A DNA stretch of 64,000 nucleotides from Gammaproteobacteria bacterium (GTDB lineage Bacteria; Pseudomonadota; Gammaproteobacteria; JACKNK01): assembly GCA_049604295.1 (NCBI GenBank), contig JBMYTL010000002.1, positions 4,659-68,658 of the forward strand, written 5' to 3'. The notes under the pieces were generated by a model that did no database searches, was not told the origin of the DNA, and worked only from the letters and a program-made list of their open reading frames with translations. The translations under genes and the position numbers were made by a program. This document shows positions 24,040 to 32,645 of the stretch, piece by piece (positions within the stretch are counted from its first letter, which is position 1; every line of letters starts with the position of its first letter).

Positions 24040-24441
24040 ATGCGTTTCCACCACGTCGGCTATGCCGTTGCGGACATCCAGACCTTTCTCGACGAGCACC
24101 TTGTGCCGCTGTTCGCGCCCGAGGAGGTGTCGGGAATCACTGATGACCCGATTCAGAAAGTGCGGGTGTGTTTCGCGCGTATGCAGGGTGGCACGACCAT
24201 TGAGTTGGTTGCGCCGTTGGCTGACGGCAGCCCGGTGGACGCGATCATCGATAGCCCGCGGGGTGGTCTTTATCACCTGTGCTACGAGGTCGATGACCTG
24301 GATGGGGCGATCATGGACTTCCGCCGCAAGCGCTACATGCCGCTCGGGCGGCCCGTGCCTGCCGCGGCCTTCGACAACCGCCGCATCGTATTCATGATGA
24401 CGCCCCAGCATGACCTGATCGAACTGCTGGAGGCCGTTTGA
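24040..24441 (+). CDS. VOC-family protein, methylmalonyl-CoA-epimerase-like
   Basis: MRFHHVGYAV..., TIELVAPL, GGLYHLCYEVDDL and LIELLE match the paired beta-alpha-beta-beta-beta VOC pattern of epimerase-type members. ORF 23893..24441 is trimmed to the ATG at 24040. Confidence 0.78.
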   Translation: MRFHHVGYAVADIQTFLDEHLVPLFAPEEVSGITDDPIQKVRVCFARMQGGTTIELVAPLADGSPVDAIIDSPRGGLYHLCYEVDDLDGAIMDFRRKRYMPLGRPVPAAAFDNRRIVFMMTPQHDLIELLEAV

Positions 24442-24444
24442 GGC

Positions 24445-26577
24445 TCACTCGTAATGCAGCGATTCCGCCGATGACACCCGGGTCGCCGCCAGCGCGGGGT
24501 AGAGGGCGGCCAGCAGACAGACGCCGATGACACCGAGCGAGGTGAACAGCAGCAGGCGTCCGGAGGGTTCGTAGGTCAACTCGAAGAGGGTGAATCCGTC
24601 CAGGAAGGCTACGCTCACCGCACCGAGTATGGAGCCAAGTGCGGCTGCCAGAACCGCTCCCACCAAACCGATCAGGGAGCCCTCGATGAGCAGCAGCCGA
24701 ATCATCTGTCCATTGCTCATCCCGACAACGCGGTAGATGGAGAACTCCCGCGCCCTGGAGCGCACCTGTATGAGCAGGGCGTTGGCCACGCCGATGCCCG
24801 CCAGGGCCACCGTCAGGCTGAGGATGAAATCGAAGATCAGGAAGTCGCGATCGATCTCCTGTTGTTGGCGCCAGCCCAGCCAGCCTGCCCGCCACTGGGC
24901 TTGGTACTGCGGTGCTACACGCAGAATCTGTTCGCGATCTGGATCGTGCTCGTCTCCCGCCGCACGGGCGATGGCCAGGTCCCCGAGGCGCTGTTCCAGG
25001 TTGTTCGCGAACAAGGGATTGCCGTCGCTGAACAGGGCGTAGGTACGCATGTCGACGTACTGCTCGCGGACCGGGTAATAACCGTATCGGTCGCTGACCT
25101 CGAGTACCTCGAATCGATGCTGCTCTTCCGGCCCCGCGAGGATCAGCCGGTCTCCGGGTTCAAGGCGGTAGCGCGCCGCCAGCGTGGTGGAGAGAATGAC
25201 CTGGCCAGGGCCGAATGCGGGCCGACCGTCCGCGGCGCGCAGGCGGTTGAGATCGTGTGCCTTTACCAGGCGCATGGGCAGGGCACCGAGACCCTTCGGG
25301 CTGACGCGGTAGAAGTACACGCCTTGCGCGGCCATTTCCTCAAGCAGCACTTCGGGCAATGGCTCATCGAGACCGCGCACCTTGGTGTAGTGGACGTTGG
25401 GTATCAGCGCGTCCGTGGCCCAGTGGTGGATCTCCATTTTCAGTGAAGTCGCGATGCCCTGCAGGGCGGTGACCAGGCTGAAGACCACGACCACGGAGAT
25501 GATGGTGAAGGTGAACTGCCGCAGTGCCAGGCGCATGCGTCGCCCGGACAGCAGCGTCTCCAGGGGCAGGGCCGAGCCCAGCACGAGTTCGAAGGCTCGG
25601 ATCAACATCTTGAGCACAGGGCGTACCCAGATCAGCACGGCCAGGGCAAAAAGGACCACAAAGGCCGATTCAACCAGGAAGAACACCACCACGGTGAGCC
25701 AGTCCTTGAGGAAGGGCCGCATCATTACGTAGGCCATGGCCAGTACGGGAATCAGTATCCAGGCGTAGCCGCCGCGCTGGCCCCCATCCAATTCGTTCTC
25801 ATCCGCCACAAAGCGCGGCTGCAGTACGTCGCGTATGGACAGGCGCCACAGGTGCAGGGCGGGGCCGGCCACGCCGGCCAGGGCGACGAGAATGCCGATA
25901 GTGCTCACGGCCCCCAGTTCCAACCAGGGCAGATGGAAACCCGCCACGAAGCTGCGCCCGGTGGTGGTCACCCCATGGGCGAGCAGGGTCATGGCCGTGG
26001 GAATGGCCGCCAACGACCCGAGCAACAAGCCCACAAAGCCCAGTATCACGGCCTCGATCGCCAGGGCCAAAGCCGCAGTCTGGCGTTGTTCGCCCAGGGT
26101 CAGTAGAAGGGCGAACTCGCGTCGCCGGGAGGCCAGCGAGAAGCGCATGGTGTAGAAAACAATGACCGCGCCGATGGTGAACGCGAAAACGGAGGCGAGG
26201 CGCACGGCCAGGCGCATGGCCTGGTAGTCCGCCTCCCCGATACGTTCGGTGGCCTCGCCACTGGGTTCGACCCGGTCTTCGTCACCCTGCTGCGCCGGGA
26301 CCAGGGCGATGCGGGTCTGCTCTCCGCCTGCGCGTTCAAAGCGCAGTTCCCGGATATCAGGGAGTCCGGCTGCCGCGGGACGCTCGCGTACCCGTTCCAT
26401 GCGGGCCAGCTCACGGGCGTCACGTATGGACTCGGATCGTGAGGTGTTGTGATCGACGATGAGGATGGTGCTGATCACCAACATGCCGATGGCAACACCC
26501 AACACCGTGATCAAGGCGACTCCGCGATGGAAGCGGATGCCCTTGAGAGCGAGATAGAGGGCGAGACCCAGGCGCAT
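24445..26577 (-). CDS. ABC transporter permease with two FtsX-type domains
   Basis: 710 aa with two four-helix FtsX-like modules (around ASRRREFALLLTLGEQR and SRAREFSIYRVVGMSNGQ). The second is preceded by a large extracytoplasmic domain. Confidence 0.85.
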   Translation of the reverse strand: MRLGLALYLALKGIRFHRGVALITVLGVAIGMLVISTILIVDHNTSRSESIRDARELARMERVRERPAAAGLPDIRELRFERAGGEQTRIALVPAQQGDEDRVEPSGEATERIGEADYQAMRLAVRLASVFAFTIGAVIVFYTMRFSLASRRREFALLLTLGEQRQTAALALAIEAVILGFVGLLLGSLAAIPTAMTLLAHGVTTTGRSFVAGFHLPWLELGAVSTIGILVALAGVAGPALHLWRLSIRDVLQPRFVADENELDGGQRGGYAWILIPVLAMAYVMMRPFLKDWLTVVVFFLVESAFVVLFALAVLIWVRPVLKMLIRAFELVLGSALPLETLLSGRRMRLALRQFTFTIISVVVVFSLVTALQGIATSLKMEIHHWATDALIPNVHYTKVRGLDEPLPEVLLEEMAAQGVYFYRVSPKGLGALPMRLVKAHDLNRLRAADGRPAFGPGQVILSTTLAARYRLEPGDRLILAGPEEQHRFEVLEVSDRYGYYPVREQYVDMRTYALFSDGNPLFANNLEQRLGDLAIARAAGDEHDPDREQILRVAPQYQAQWRAGWLGWRQQQEIDRDFLIFDFILSLTVALAGIGVANALLIQVRSRAREFSIYRVVGMSNGQMIRLLLIEGSLIGLVGAVLAAALGSILGAVSVAFLDGFTLFELTYEPSGRLLLFTSLGVIGVCLLAALYPALAATRVSSAESLHYE

Positions 26578-26636
26578 GGATCAACGGCACGGGGACGCGT
26601 TCGGACCCGCGCGCATGCCCCGTGTGGGGATCGTGT

Positions 26637-27395
26637 TCATATCTCCAACTCCATGAGCGCGTCGTACAAGGGCCCCACGTGTTCCCGGTCGCGTCCGTGC
26701 TGACGCGTGGAGGCGATAACGCCATCCTTTATAAACGCGACGCGGTCCGCCCAGGCGGCGTGCTCCGGGCTATGGGTGACCATGATGACCGAGGTGCGTT
26801 GTTCCGCCGCGAGTCCGGAGAGGATCTCCATGATGCTGCGTCCCACCGCGGGATTGACGTTGCCCGTGGGCTCGTCGGCAAGCAGTAGGGGCGGCCGGTG
26901 AACCAGGGCACGGGCTATGGACACCAATTGCATCTCGCCGCCGGACAGTTGAAAGGCGTAGTGGCCTGCGCGGCGGCCAAGTCCCGTGCGCTCAAGCATC
27001 TCATCCACGCGGTCCGCGCTGTCGGCGTCCTCTCGCCCCATGATCTTGAAGGGCAGGGCCACGTTCTCACGCGCGGTGAGCGTGGGGATCAGGTTGAAGA
27101 ACTGGAACACCATGCCGATACGCTCGCGGCGAATGCGGGTGCGCTCGCGCTCACCGGCTCCGCTGAGCATTGCGCCATCTACCTCGATGGTGCCGCTGTC
27201 CGCCGCGTCGATGCCGGAGATGCAGTTCAGCAGCGTGGTCTTGCCCACGCCACTGGGCCCCATGATGGCGAGCATTTCACCCTCGGGCACATTCAGGTTC
27301 AGGCCCTTGAGGACGGACACGGGGCTTTCGCCCAGGCGGTAGTCCTTGAACAGATCACTGACGCGCAGCAAGGGGGGGGCTTCGGTGGTGGTCAC
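26637..27395 (-). CDS. ABC transporter ATP-binding protein (LolD/MacB-type)
   Basis: Walker A motif GPSGVGKTT, signature LSGGEMQ and Walker B motif LLLADEPTG. Confidence 0.93.
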   Translation of the reverse strand: MTTTEAPPLLRVSDLFKDYRLGESPVSVLKGLNLNVPEGEMLAIMGPSGVGKTTLLNCISGIDAADSGTIEVDGAMLSGAGERERTRIRRERIGMVFQFFNLIPTLTARENVALPFKIMGREDADSADRVDEMLERTGLGRRAGHYAFQLSGGEMQLVSIARALVHRPPLLLADEPTGNVNPAVGRSIMEILSGLAAEQRTSVIMVTHSPEHAAWADRVAFIKDGVIASTRQHGRDREHVGPLYDALMELEI

Positions 27396-27435
27396 GGTGT
27401 GGGGCTTGTGAGGTTAAGTTCGACCCGTGGCAGTT

Positions 27436-28113
27436 TCAGCGCACGCCCCGGTTGCTGTTGTCCTCGGCCTCGCGGGCGCCCGCGTCGTCGCCCATGGCGA
27501 GGCGGGCCTTGGCGACGATAAGCCAGTTTCGAGGCCACAGGGTCGGTTGCCCACCTGCCAGCGCGTTGGATTTCAACGCCAGGGCCTCGGCTTGGTCGAA
27601 ACGGCGTTGATCCAGTCGGGTCTGGGCAAGATCGGACCACACTCGGGGGTCTTCCGGCGCGATGCGCAGCGCGCGCTCCAAAATCGCCGCACGGCGACCC
27701 GGGTCGGCCTCGGCGTCCGCCTGATTGAGCAGCGCTGCGGCGGGTGAGCCCGCGCGGGCCGACGTGGTTCGGGGCGCGCTTACGGGCGGGTTCGAGCCCG
27801 TCGGTCCGATGGGTTTGGCAGAGCGTGGGCGGATAGCCGGTGCGGCCCGGACCACGGGTGTGGCCTTCGGGGCGGGCGCGGGTTTGGGGCGATAGCTCGG
27901 GGATGACGAGGTACTGACCTCGGCGGTCCGGCCGGTCGTTGCCGCGCGCGCCTGTCCGATCCGGCTGCGCTCCTCGACCGGCGCCGAGGCACCTTGGTGC
28001 GGGTTGCTCACGCATCCCGCCAGCGGGCCCAGGACGCCGAGGGCCAGCACGAGGGCCCAAGGGGATACGAAGGTCTGTGGAAGGGGGCGGTGGGGCCTGG
28101 GGGAAATGCTCAT
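27436..28113 (-). CDS. lipoprotein with Pro/Ala/Ser-rich linker and TPR-like C-terminal domain
   Basis: Lipobox LAGC after a hydrophobic leader, a low-complexity linker of about 100 aa, then a C-terminal helical-repeat region (RALRIAPEDPRVWSDLAQTRLDQRRFDQAEALA). First gene of the ABC operon. Confidence 0.65.
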   Translation of the reverse strand: MSISPRPHRPLPQTFVSPWALVLALGVLGPLAGCVSNPHQGASAPVEERSRIGQARAATTGRTAEVSTSSSPSYRPKPAPAPKATPVVRAAPAIRPRSAKPIGPTGSNPPVSAPRTTSARAGSPAAALLNQADAEADPGRRAAILERALRIAPEDPRVWSDLAQTRLDQRRFDQAEALALKSNALAGGQPTLWPRNWLIVAKARLAMGDDAGAREAEDNSNRGVR

Positions 28114-28159
28114 GATCTCGGGTTGTATGGGGAGGCGGGCGCGCGCGGCTACGAATGTT

Positions 28160-30169
28160 TCAAGGGGAGGTCCTGACCCGGCCTCCGGCTCCGCGCAGGA
28201 TATGTTTCTCGGCCTGGGCCAGGGTTTCAGGGTCGCCTTGCAGGATCAATGCATCACCGTCCTGAAGGGTTACTGAACTTTCGGGTTCGTCGCCGCTTAC
28301 ACCGTTATGGCGCATGGAGACCACCTCCACGCCGGTTCGTTCCTCGAGACTGAGATCAGCGAGGGATTGGCCTTCGGCATGGCACCCCTGAGCGACGACC
28401 ACTGTGTGCAGGCGGAAACGGTTGGACTCGTCCTGATCATCCAGTTCTTTCAGATCGTCGCCGTGGAAATAGCGGCGCAGCCGCTTGTAGTGATCGGCAC
28501 GTGACTGGCGGATAAGGTCCTGGATCTCCTGCTCTGGAACATTCATCAGGCGCATCAGTTGCCCGGCGAGGGTAAGGCTGGCCTCCACGGTTTCGGGAAC
28601 CACCACCGTGGCGCCGGCGCGCTCCAGGGCCTCCATGTGATGGTCGTCATGGGCGCGCACAATGATGGGAAGTTCGGCATTGATACTGCGCGCCGCGTTG
28701 ATGATGCGCTCGGCCAGGTGGTGGTCGTCGAATGTGATAACGAGGGAGCGCGCGCGCGCCACGCCAGCGCCCCGCAGGATGTGACGGTCAGCGGAATCAC
28801 CGTAGAACACGTTCTCACCGGCCTCGTATGCCTCGCGGATGATGGTGGGGTCGAGGTCCACGGCGACGTAGTGGAAGCCTTCTTCCTTGAGGAATCCGGC
28901 GAGGTTCTGTCCGAGTCGTCCGAACCCGCAGACGATTACGTGGCCGTCCAGGTCGTGGGTGGCATGGACCAGGTCGCGGACTTCCGCGGCCTGCTGGCGC
29001 AGATAACCCGCGCAGAAGCGGTTGGCCAGAGGCCCGTTGGCGCGGATGATCAGGGGCGCGATTGCCATCGATAGCACGATGGACGCGAGAATCGGCTGCG
29101 ATTGGGTGCTGTCGATAAGCCCGTAGGTCAGGGCCAGGGCCAACAGGGCGAAGCCAAACTCACCGCCCTGGCCAAGTACCGCGCCGGAACGAACCGCGGT
29201 GCCGAGGTCATGACCGCCGAGGCGGGTGAGCAGGGCGATCCAGCCTCCCTTGCCTACGATGAGGCCCACCACCAGCAGAAGTACCCAGGGGGCGATGTCG
29301 GGCAGCACGGCCAGGTTGAGTTGCGTCCCGACGGTGATGAAGAACAGGCCCATGAGCACATCGCGAAACGGCCGGATTTCCGACTCCACCTGGTGTTTGA
29401 ATTCGGTATCTCCGAGCATCATGCCCGCCAGAAACGCGCCCAGGGCCAGCGAGAGCCCGAGACTGGCGGTCAGCCAGGCCGCCACCAGGGCGACCAGGAG
29501 AATCGCGAGGGTGAATAATTCCACGGATTTGGGCGCGCCAGACCAGTGCAACAGCGGACGGATCAGCTTGCGCCCGGCCACGAGCATAACCACGACCGCG
29601 AGGGTGCCCTTTAGCAGTGCGAGCCCGATAGCCATGGCCATGGAACCCTCGGAATCCCCGCCGAGAATGGGGATCAGCACCAGGAACGGCACCACCGCCA
29701 GATCTTGAAACAGCAGGATTCCGAGTGCAATTCGTCCGTGCCGCGAGCCCATTTCCAGTTGCTCGGTAAGCTGCTTCACCACCAGGGCGGTGGACGACAG
29801 CGCGAGGGCGCCGCCGACGATGATGGCGCCTTGCCAGGGGATGCCCAGCCACCATGCGATCAGGCCGCCACTGAGCGTGGACCCCAGAACCTGCGCGCCG
29901 CCCAGTCCGAGTACCGTGCCCCGCATGGCCAGAAGCTGGGGCAGTGATATCTCCAGTCCGATCATGAACAGCAGGAAGACGACGCCGATCTCGCCCAGCA
30001 GGTGGATGGCGGGCGTGTCCGGCACCCATCCCAGGGCGTGATGCCCGGCGACTACGCCGATCATCAGGTAGCCCAGGATGGGTGGCAGGTTGACGCGCCG
30101 AACCACTGCCACGGTCAGGACCGAGAGCAGAAGCAGGATGACTACGTCGTTGAGTGCGCTGTGGTCCAT
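28160..30169 (-). CDS. CPA2-family monovalent cation:proton antiporter with TrkA-N/TrkA-C (RCK) domains, KefB/KefC-like
   Basis: A multi-transmembrane Na_H-exchanger-like N-terminal half, a Rossmann motif VIVCGFGRLGQ, and a C-terminal TrkA-C-like region. ORF trimmed to the ATG at 30169. Confidence 0.88.
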   Translation of the reverse strand: MDHSALNDVVILLLLSVLTVAVVRRVNLPPILGYLMIGVVAGHHALGWVPDTPAIHLLGEIGVVFLLFMIGLEISLPQLLAMRGTVLGLGGAQVLGSTLSGGLIAWWLGIPWQGAIIVGGALALSSTALVVKQLTEQLEMGSRHGRIALGILLFQDLAVVPFLVLIPILGGDSEGSMAMAIGLALLKGTLAVVVMLVAGRKLIRPLLHWSGAPKSVELFTLAILLVALVAAWLTASLGLSLALGAFLAGMMLGDTEFKHQVESEIRPFRDVLMGLFFITVGTQLNLAVLPDIAPWVLLLVVGLIVGKGGWIALLTRLGGHDLGTAVRSGAVLGQGGEFGFALLALALTYGLIDSTQSQPILASIVLSMAIAPLIIRANGPLANRFCAGYLRQQAAEVRDLVHATHDLDGHVIVCGFGRLGQNLAGFLKEEGFHYVAVDLDPTIIREAYEAGENVFYGDSADRHILRGAGVARARSLVITFDDHHLAERIINAARSINAELPIIVRAHDDHHMEALERAGATVVVPETVEASLTLAGQLMRLMNVPEQEIQDLIRQSRADHYKRLRRYFHGDDLKELDDQDESNRFRLHTVVVAQGCHAEGQSLADLSLEERTGVEVVSMRHNGVSGDEPESSVTLQDGDALILQGDPETLAQAEKHILRGAGGRVRTSP

Positions 30170-30364
30170 CGGCCGTGTGTTCCGCGGGATCGATAGGGCG
30201 GCCCGCAAGGGGGCGGGGAGGTTGAACGTGCGTCAGGCGCTGTCGTGAACCTCAATATTGGGGCAGGACCCATCGCCTATACCCGCCATCGTAGCGGGGT
30301 TCCGGTGCGGTGGGCAGATCGGGGGAGTTGCGGCGCGGTAGCGGGTTTCGGGGATTCTGATATC

Positions 30365-30388
30365 GGGCAGGCCCGCGGAGGCCTGCCT
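30365..30388 (-). terminator. GC-rich hairpin just downstream of the IalB-like gene (non-canonical terminator candidate)
   Basis: GGCAGGCC-CGCGGA-GGCCTGCC, an 8-bp perfect stem 13 nt past the stop. No U-tract follows, so its function is uncertain. Confidence 0.3.
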
Positions 30389-30400
30389 GGGTCTGGCCGA

Positions 30401-30916
30401 TTACTTCTTGAGGGCGTCGATGGCTGCGGTTACCCCCTGCAGGGACAGCTCAGCGACTTCCTGGCGGCCGTTGATGAAGACCAGACCGACCTTGAGTTTC
30501 TTACCGGCTTTGAGTGCGTTCTCGAAGTCGTCCTCCATGGGGCCTGCTGCCTTGCAGCCCGCCTTGAGGCAGACCACGAAGGGCACGGCGATAGTCTTGC
30601 CGTCATCAATGGCAAGTCTCAGTCGCCCGCTGAGGGCAACACCCAATGGCACCGTGAAATAGCCGAACAGCTGCTCCTTGCCCTCCTCATAGCCCATCTC
30701 CATGACCACCATCGGCTGGCCGTTCTGGGCAAGACCCTTCTGGTGGACCCGGCAGATGTCGCGGGTGCTGCCACCGACCTCCACACCCCGACAGGTCAGG
30801 GTCCAATCCTTGAAGGTTTCTTCCCGGTCCTGCTGGGCGTGGGCGGGCAGGGCCCAGGAAAGGGCGAGCAGGGCGGCGCAGGTGGAGATCAGGAACGACC
30901 GGATCATGCGGGGCAT
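30401..30916 (-). CDS. invasion-associated locus B (IalB) family periplasmic protein
   Basis: A signal peptide (CAALLALSWALPAHA) followed by KDWTLTC... and the FVVCLKAGC pattern typical of IalB-like proteins. A GAGGA ribosome-binding site precedes the ATG at 30916. Confidence 0.72.
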   Translation of the reverse strand: MPRMIRSFLISTCAALLALSWALPAHAQQDREETFKDWTLTCRGVEVGGSTRDICRVHQKGLAQNGQPMVVMEMGYEEGKEQLFGYFTVPLGVALSGRLRLAIDDGKTIAVPFVVCLKAGCKAAGPMEDDFENALKAGKKLKVGLVFINGRQEVAELSLQGVTAAIDALKK

Positions 30917-31041
30917 TGTGTTTCCTCGTTTGATAAGGGCGCGCACTTCCACTGACGGAGGCACGAGCTCTGGCGGCAGCATTCTACGCCATGGTGCGAT
31001 GTGCGTGGGGTGGCGTTGCCGGGTTGGAAGGCGTGCCGGTT

Positions 31042-32454
31042 TCAAGGTGCACGCCTACCGTGGGCCTCGAGTACGGTTGCGACGCAACCGGTCAGCCCCT
31101 TCGCCATGGGGATGTGCAGAAACTCGTTGGGACCGTGCGCGTTGGAATGGGGACCGAGGACGCCGGTGATCATGAACTGCGCCCTGGGGTACTGCTCGGC
31201 CAACATGGCCATGAAGGGTATGGAGAAACCTTCGCCCGTGTGCACCGCGCCTTTGCCGAAAAATGCCTGTGATCCCCGCTCCAGGGCCTCTTCGAGCCAG
31301 GGGGCGAACGGTGGCGCATTCCATCCGGATGCGTCCCACTCCGGTTCGAAACGGACCCGTGCCCGGTGGGGTGGGTTCGCTTCCAGGATCTGTTTGAGTG
31401 TGGCGGTGGCTCGCTTGCCATCAACCAGTGGCGGGATACGCAGCGAGAGCTTCGCCGAGGTGCGCGGCCGCAGGACGTTGCCCGCGCTATCCAGGGGAGG
31501 AAGGCCGGCGCCGCCGGTGATTTCCAAGGCAGGCCGCCAGGTCCGGTTGAGCAGGGCATCAACGCCATCGCGGGTCGTGGCCTGGGTATCACCGGCGAAG
31601 GGATAGCGGTCGATCGCTGCGTCCCCGAGAACCTGCGCGGCCGTGTGGGCCTGCCGCAGACGGTCCCTGGGAATGCTGGTATGAAATTCCGGCGGGATGA
31701 TCCAGCCGTTGTGTACGTCTTCGATGCGGTCGAGCAGCTGGCGCAGGATGCGGAAACTTGACGGCACCACGCCGGATGCGTCGCCGGAGTGCACGCCTTC
31801 CTCCAGCACCTCGACGCTCAGGTCGCCGCCCACGAGTCCGCGTAGGGAGGTGGTGCACCACATCTGCTCGTAGTTTCCTGCCCCGGAGTCCAGACAGATC
31901 ACCAGGTCCGGGTCGCCTATGCGATCGGCCAGATGCGCCATGTAGGCGGGCAGATCTGGGCTGCCGGATTCTTCGCTGGATTCAATGAGAATGGTGCACG
32001 GTGCATGCTCGATACCCTGCTCATGGAGTATGCGAAACGCCGTGAGGCTGGCGAACAGGGCGTAACCGTCATCCGCGCCGCCGCGCCCATAGAGGCGATC
32101 ACCTCGGAGGACGGGGTTCCAGGGCCCCAGTCCCTCCTGCCAGCCCTCGGTCTCCGGTTGCTTGTCCAGGTGGCCGTAGAGCAGGCCCCGTCCGCTGCCC
32201 GTGCCTGGTATCTCCATGAGGATCACCGGCGTCCGTCCCTCAAGTCGGATGATGTCCAGTGTCATGCCCGGTACGCCGTGGCTTCGGGCCCAGTCGGCCA
32301 TCAGGTCCACCGCGTGGTCCATGTGCCCGTGGGCCGCCCAGTCGGGGTCGAACAGCGGTGATTTGTTGGGGATACGGATGTAGTCCGTCAGGGTGGGAAC
32401 GATGCTGTCGTCCCAGATGCGGTCGATGTGGCCTTGGGCCTGGGCGGTGTCCAT
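31042..32454 (-). CDS. M20-family metallopeptidase (dipeptidase-like)
   Basis: 470 aa with LLYGHLDKQP, GRGGADDGY and ESSEESGS metal-ligand contexts typical of M20 dipeptidases. Confidence 0.86.
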   Translation of the reverse strand: MDTAQAQGHIDRIWDDSIVPTLTDYIRIPNKSPLFDPDWAAHGHMDHAVDLMADWARSHGVPGMTLDIIRLEGRTPVILMEIPGTGSGRGLLYGHLDKQPETEGWQEGLGPWNPVLRGDRLYGRGGADDGYALFASLTAFRILHEQGIEHAPCTILIESSEESGSPDLPAYMAHLADRIGDPDLVICLDSGAGNYEQMWCTTSLRGLVGGDLSVEVLEEGVHSGDASGVVPSSFRILRQLLDRIEDVHNGWIIPPEFHTSIPRDRLRQAHTAAQVLGDAAIDRYPFAGDTQATTRDGVDALLNRTWRPALEITGGAGLPPLDSAGNVLRPRTSAKLSLRIPPLVDGKRATATLKQILEANPPHRARVRFEPEWDASGWNAPPFAPWLEEALERGSQAFFGKGAVHTGEGFSIPFMAMLAEQYPRAQFMITGVLGPHSNAHGPNEFLHIPMAKGLTGCVATVLEAHGRRAP

Positions 32455-32645
32455 GGATATTCGGGCTGAGGGGGCGGGGCCGCCGATTGTGGGAGTGTGG
32501 CGTCGTCATGCCAATGGGGAACACCCGCGCGGCAGGCGTTGGCCACCGCGTTCGCGGGGTTTTGGGTATGCTTCGCTACCTGCTGATGGCGGACCCGCAC
32601 CATGGGGGTGCGCTGGCGCACCTGTCGGCAACCATCGGACTAAGT

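Noticed and set aside
19117-28113. Considered whether the accessory block is a mobile genomic island
   Set aside because: I could find no integrase, transposase, tRNA attachment site, flanking direct repeats or obvious compositional break. It appears to be stably embedded in the chromosome.
32259-32645. 5' 129 codons of the track ORF 32259..33368
   Set aside because: This part is antisense to the M20 peptidase gene and has Arg/Gly/Pro/Cys-rich composition. The DUF3581-like sequence begins at the ATG at 32646.
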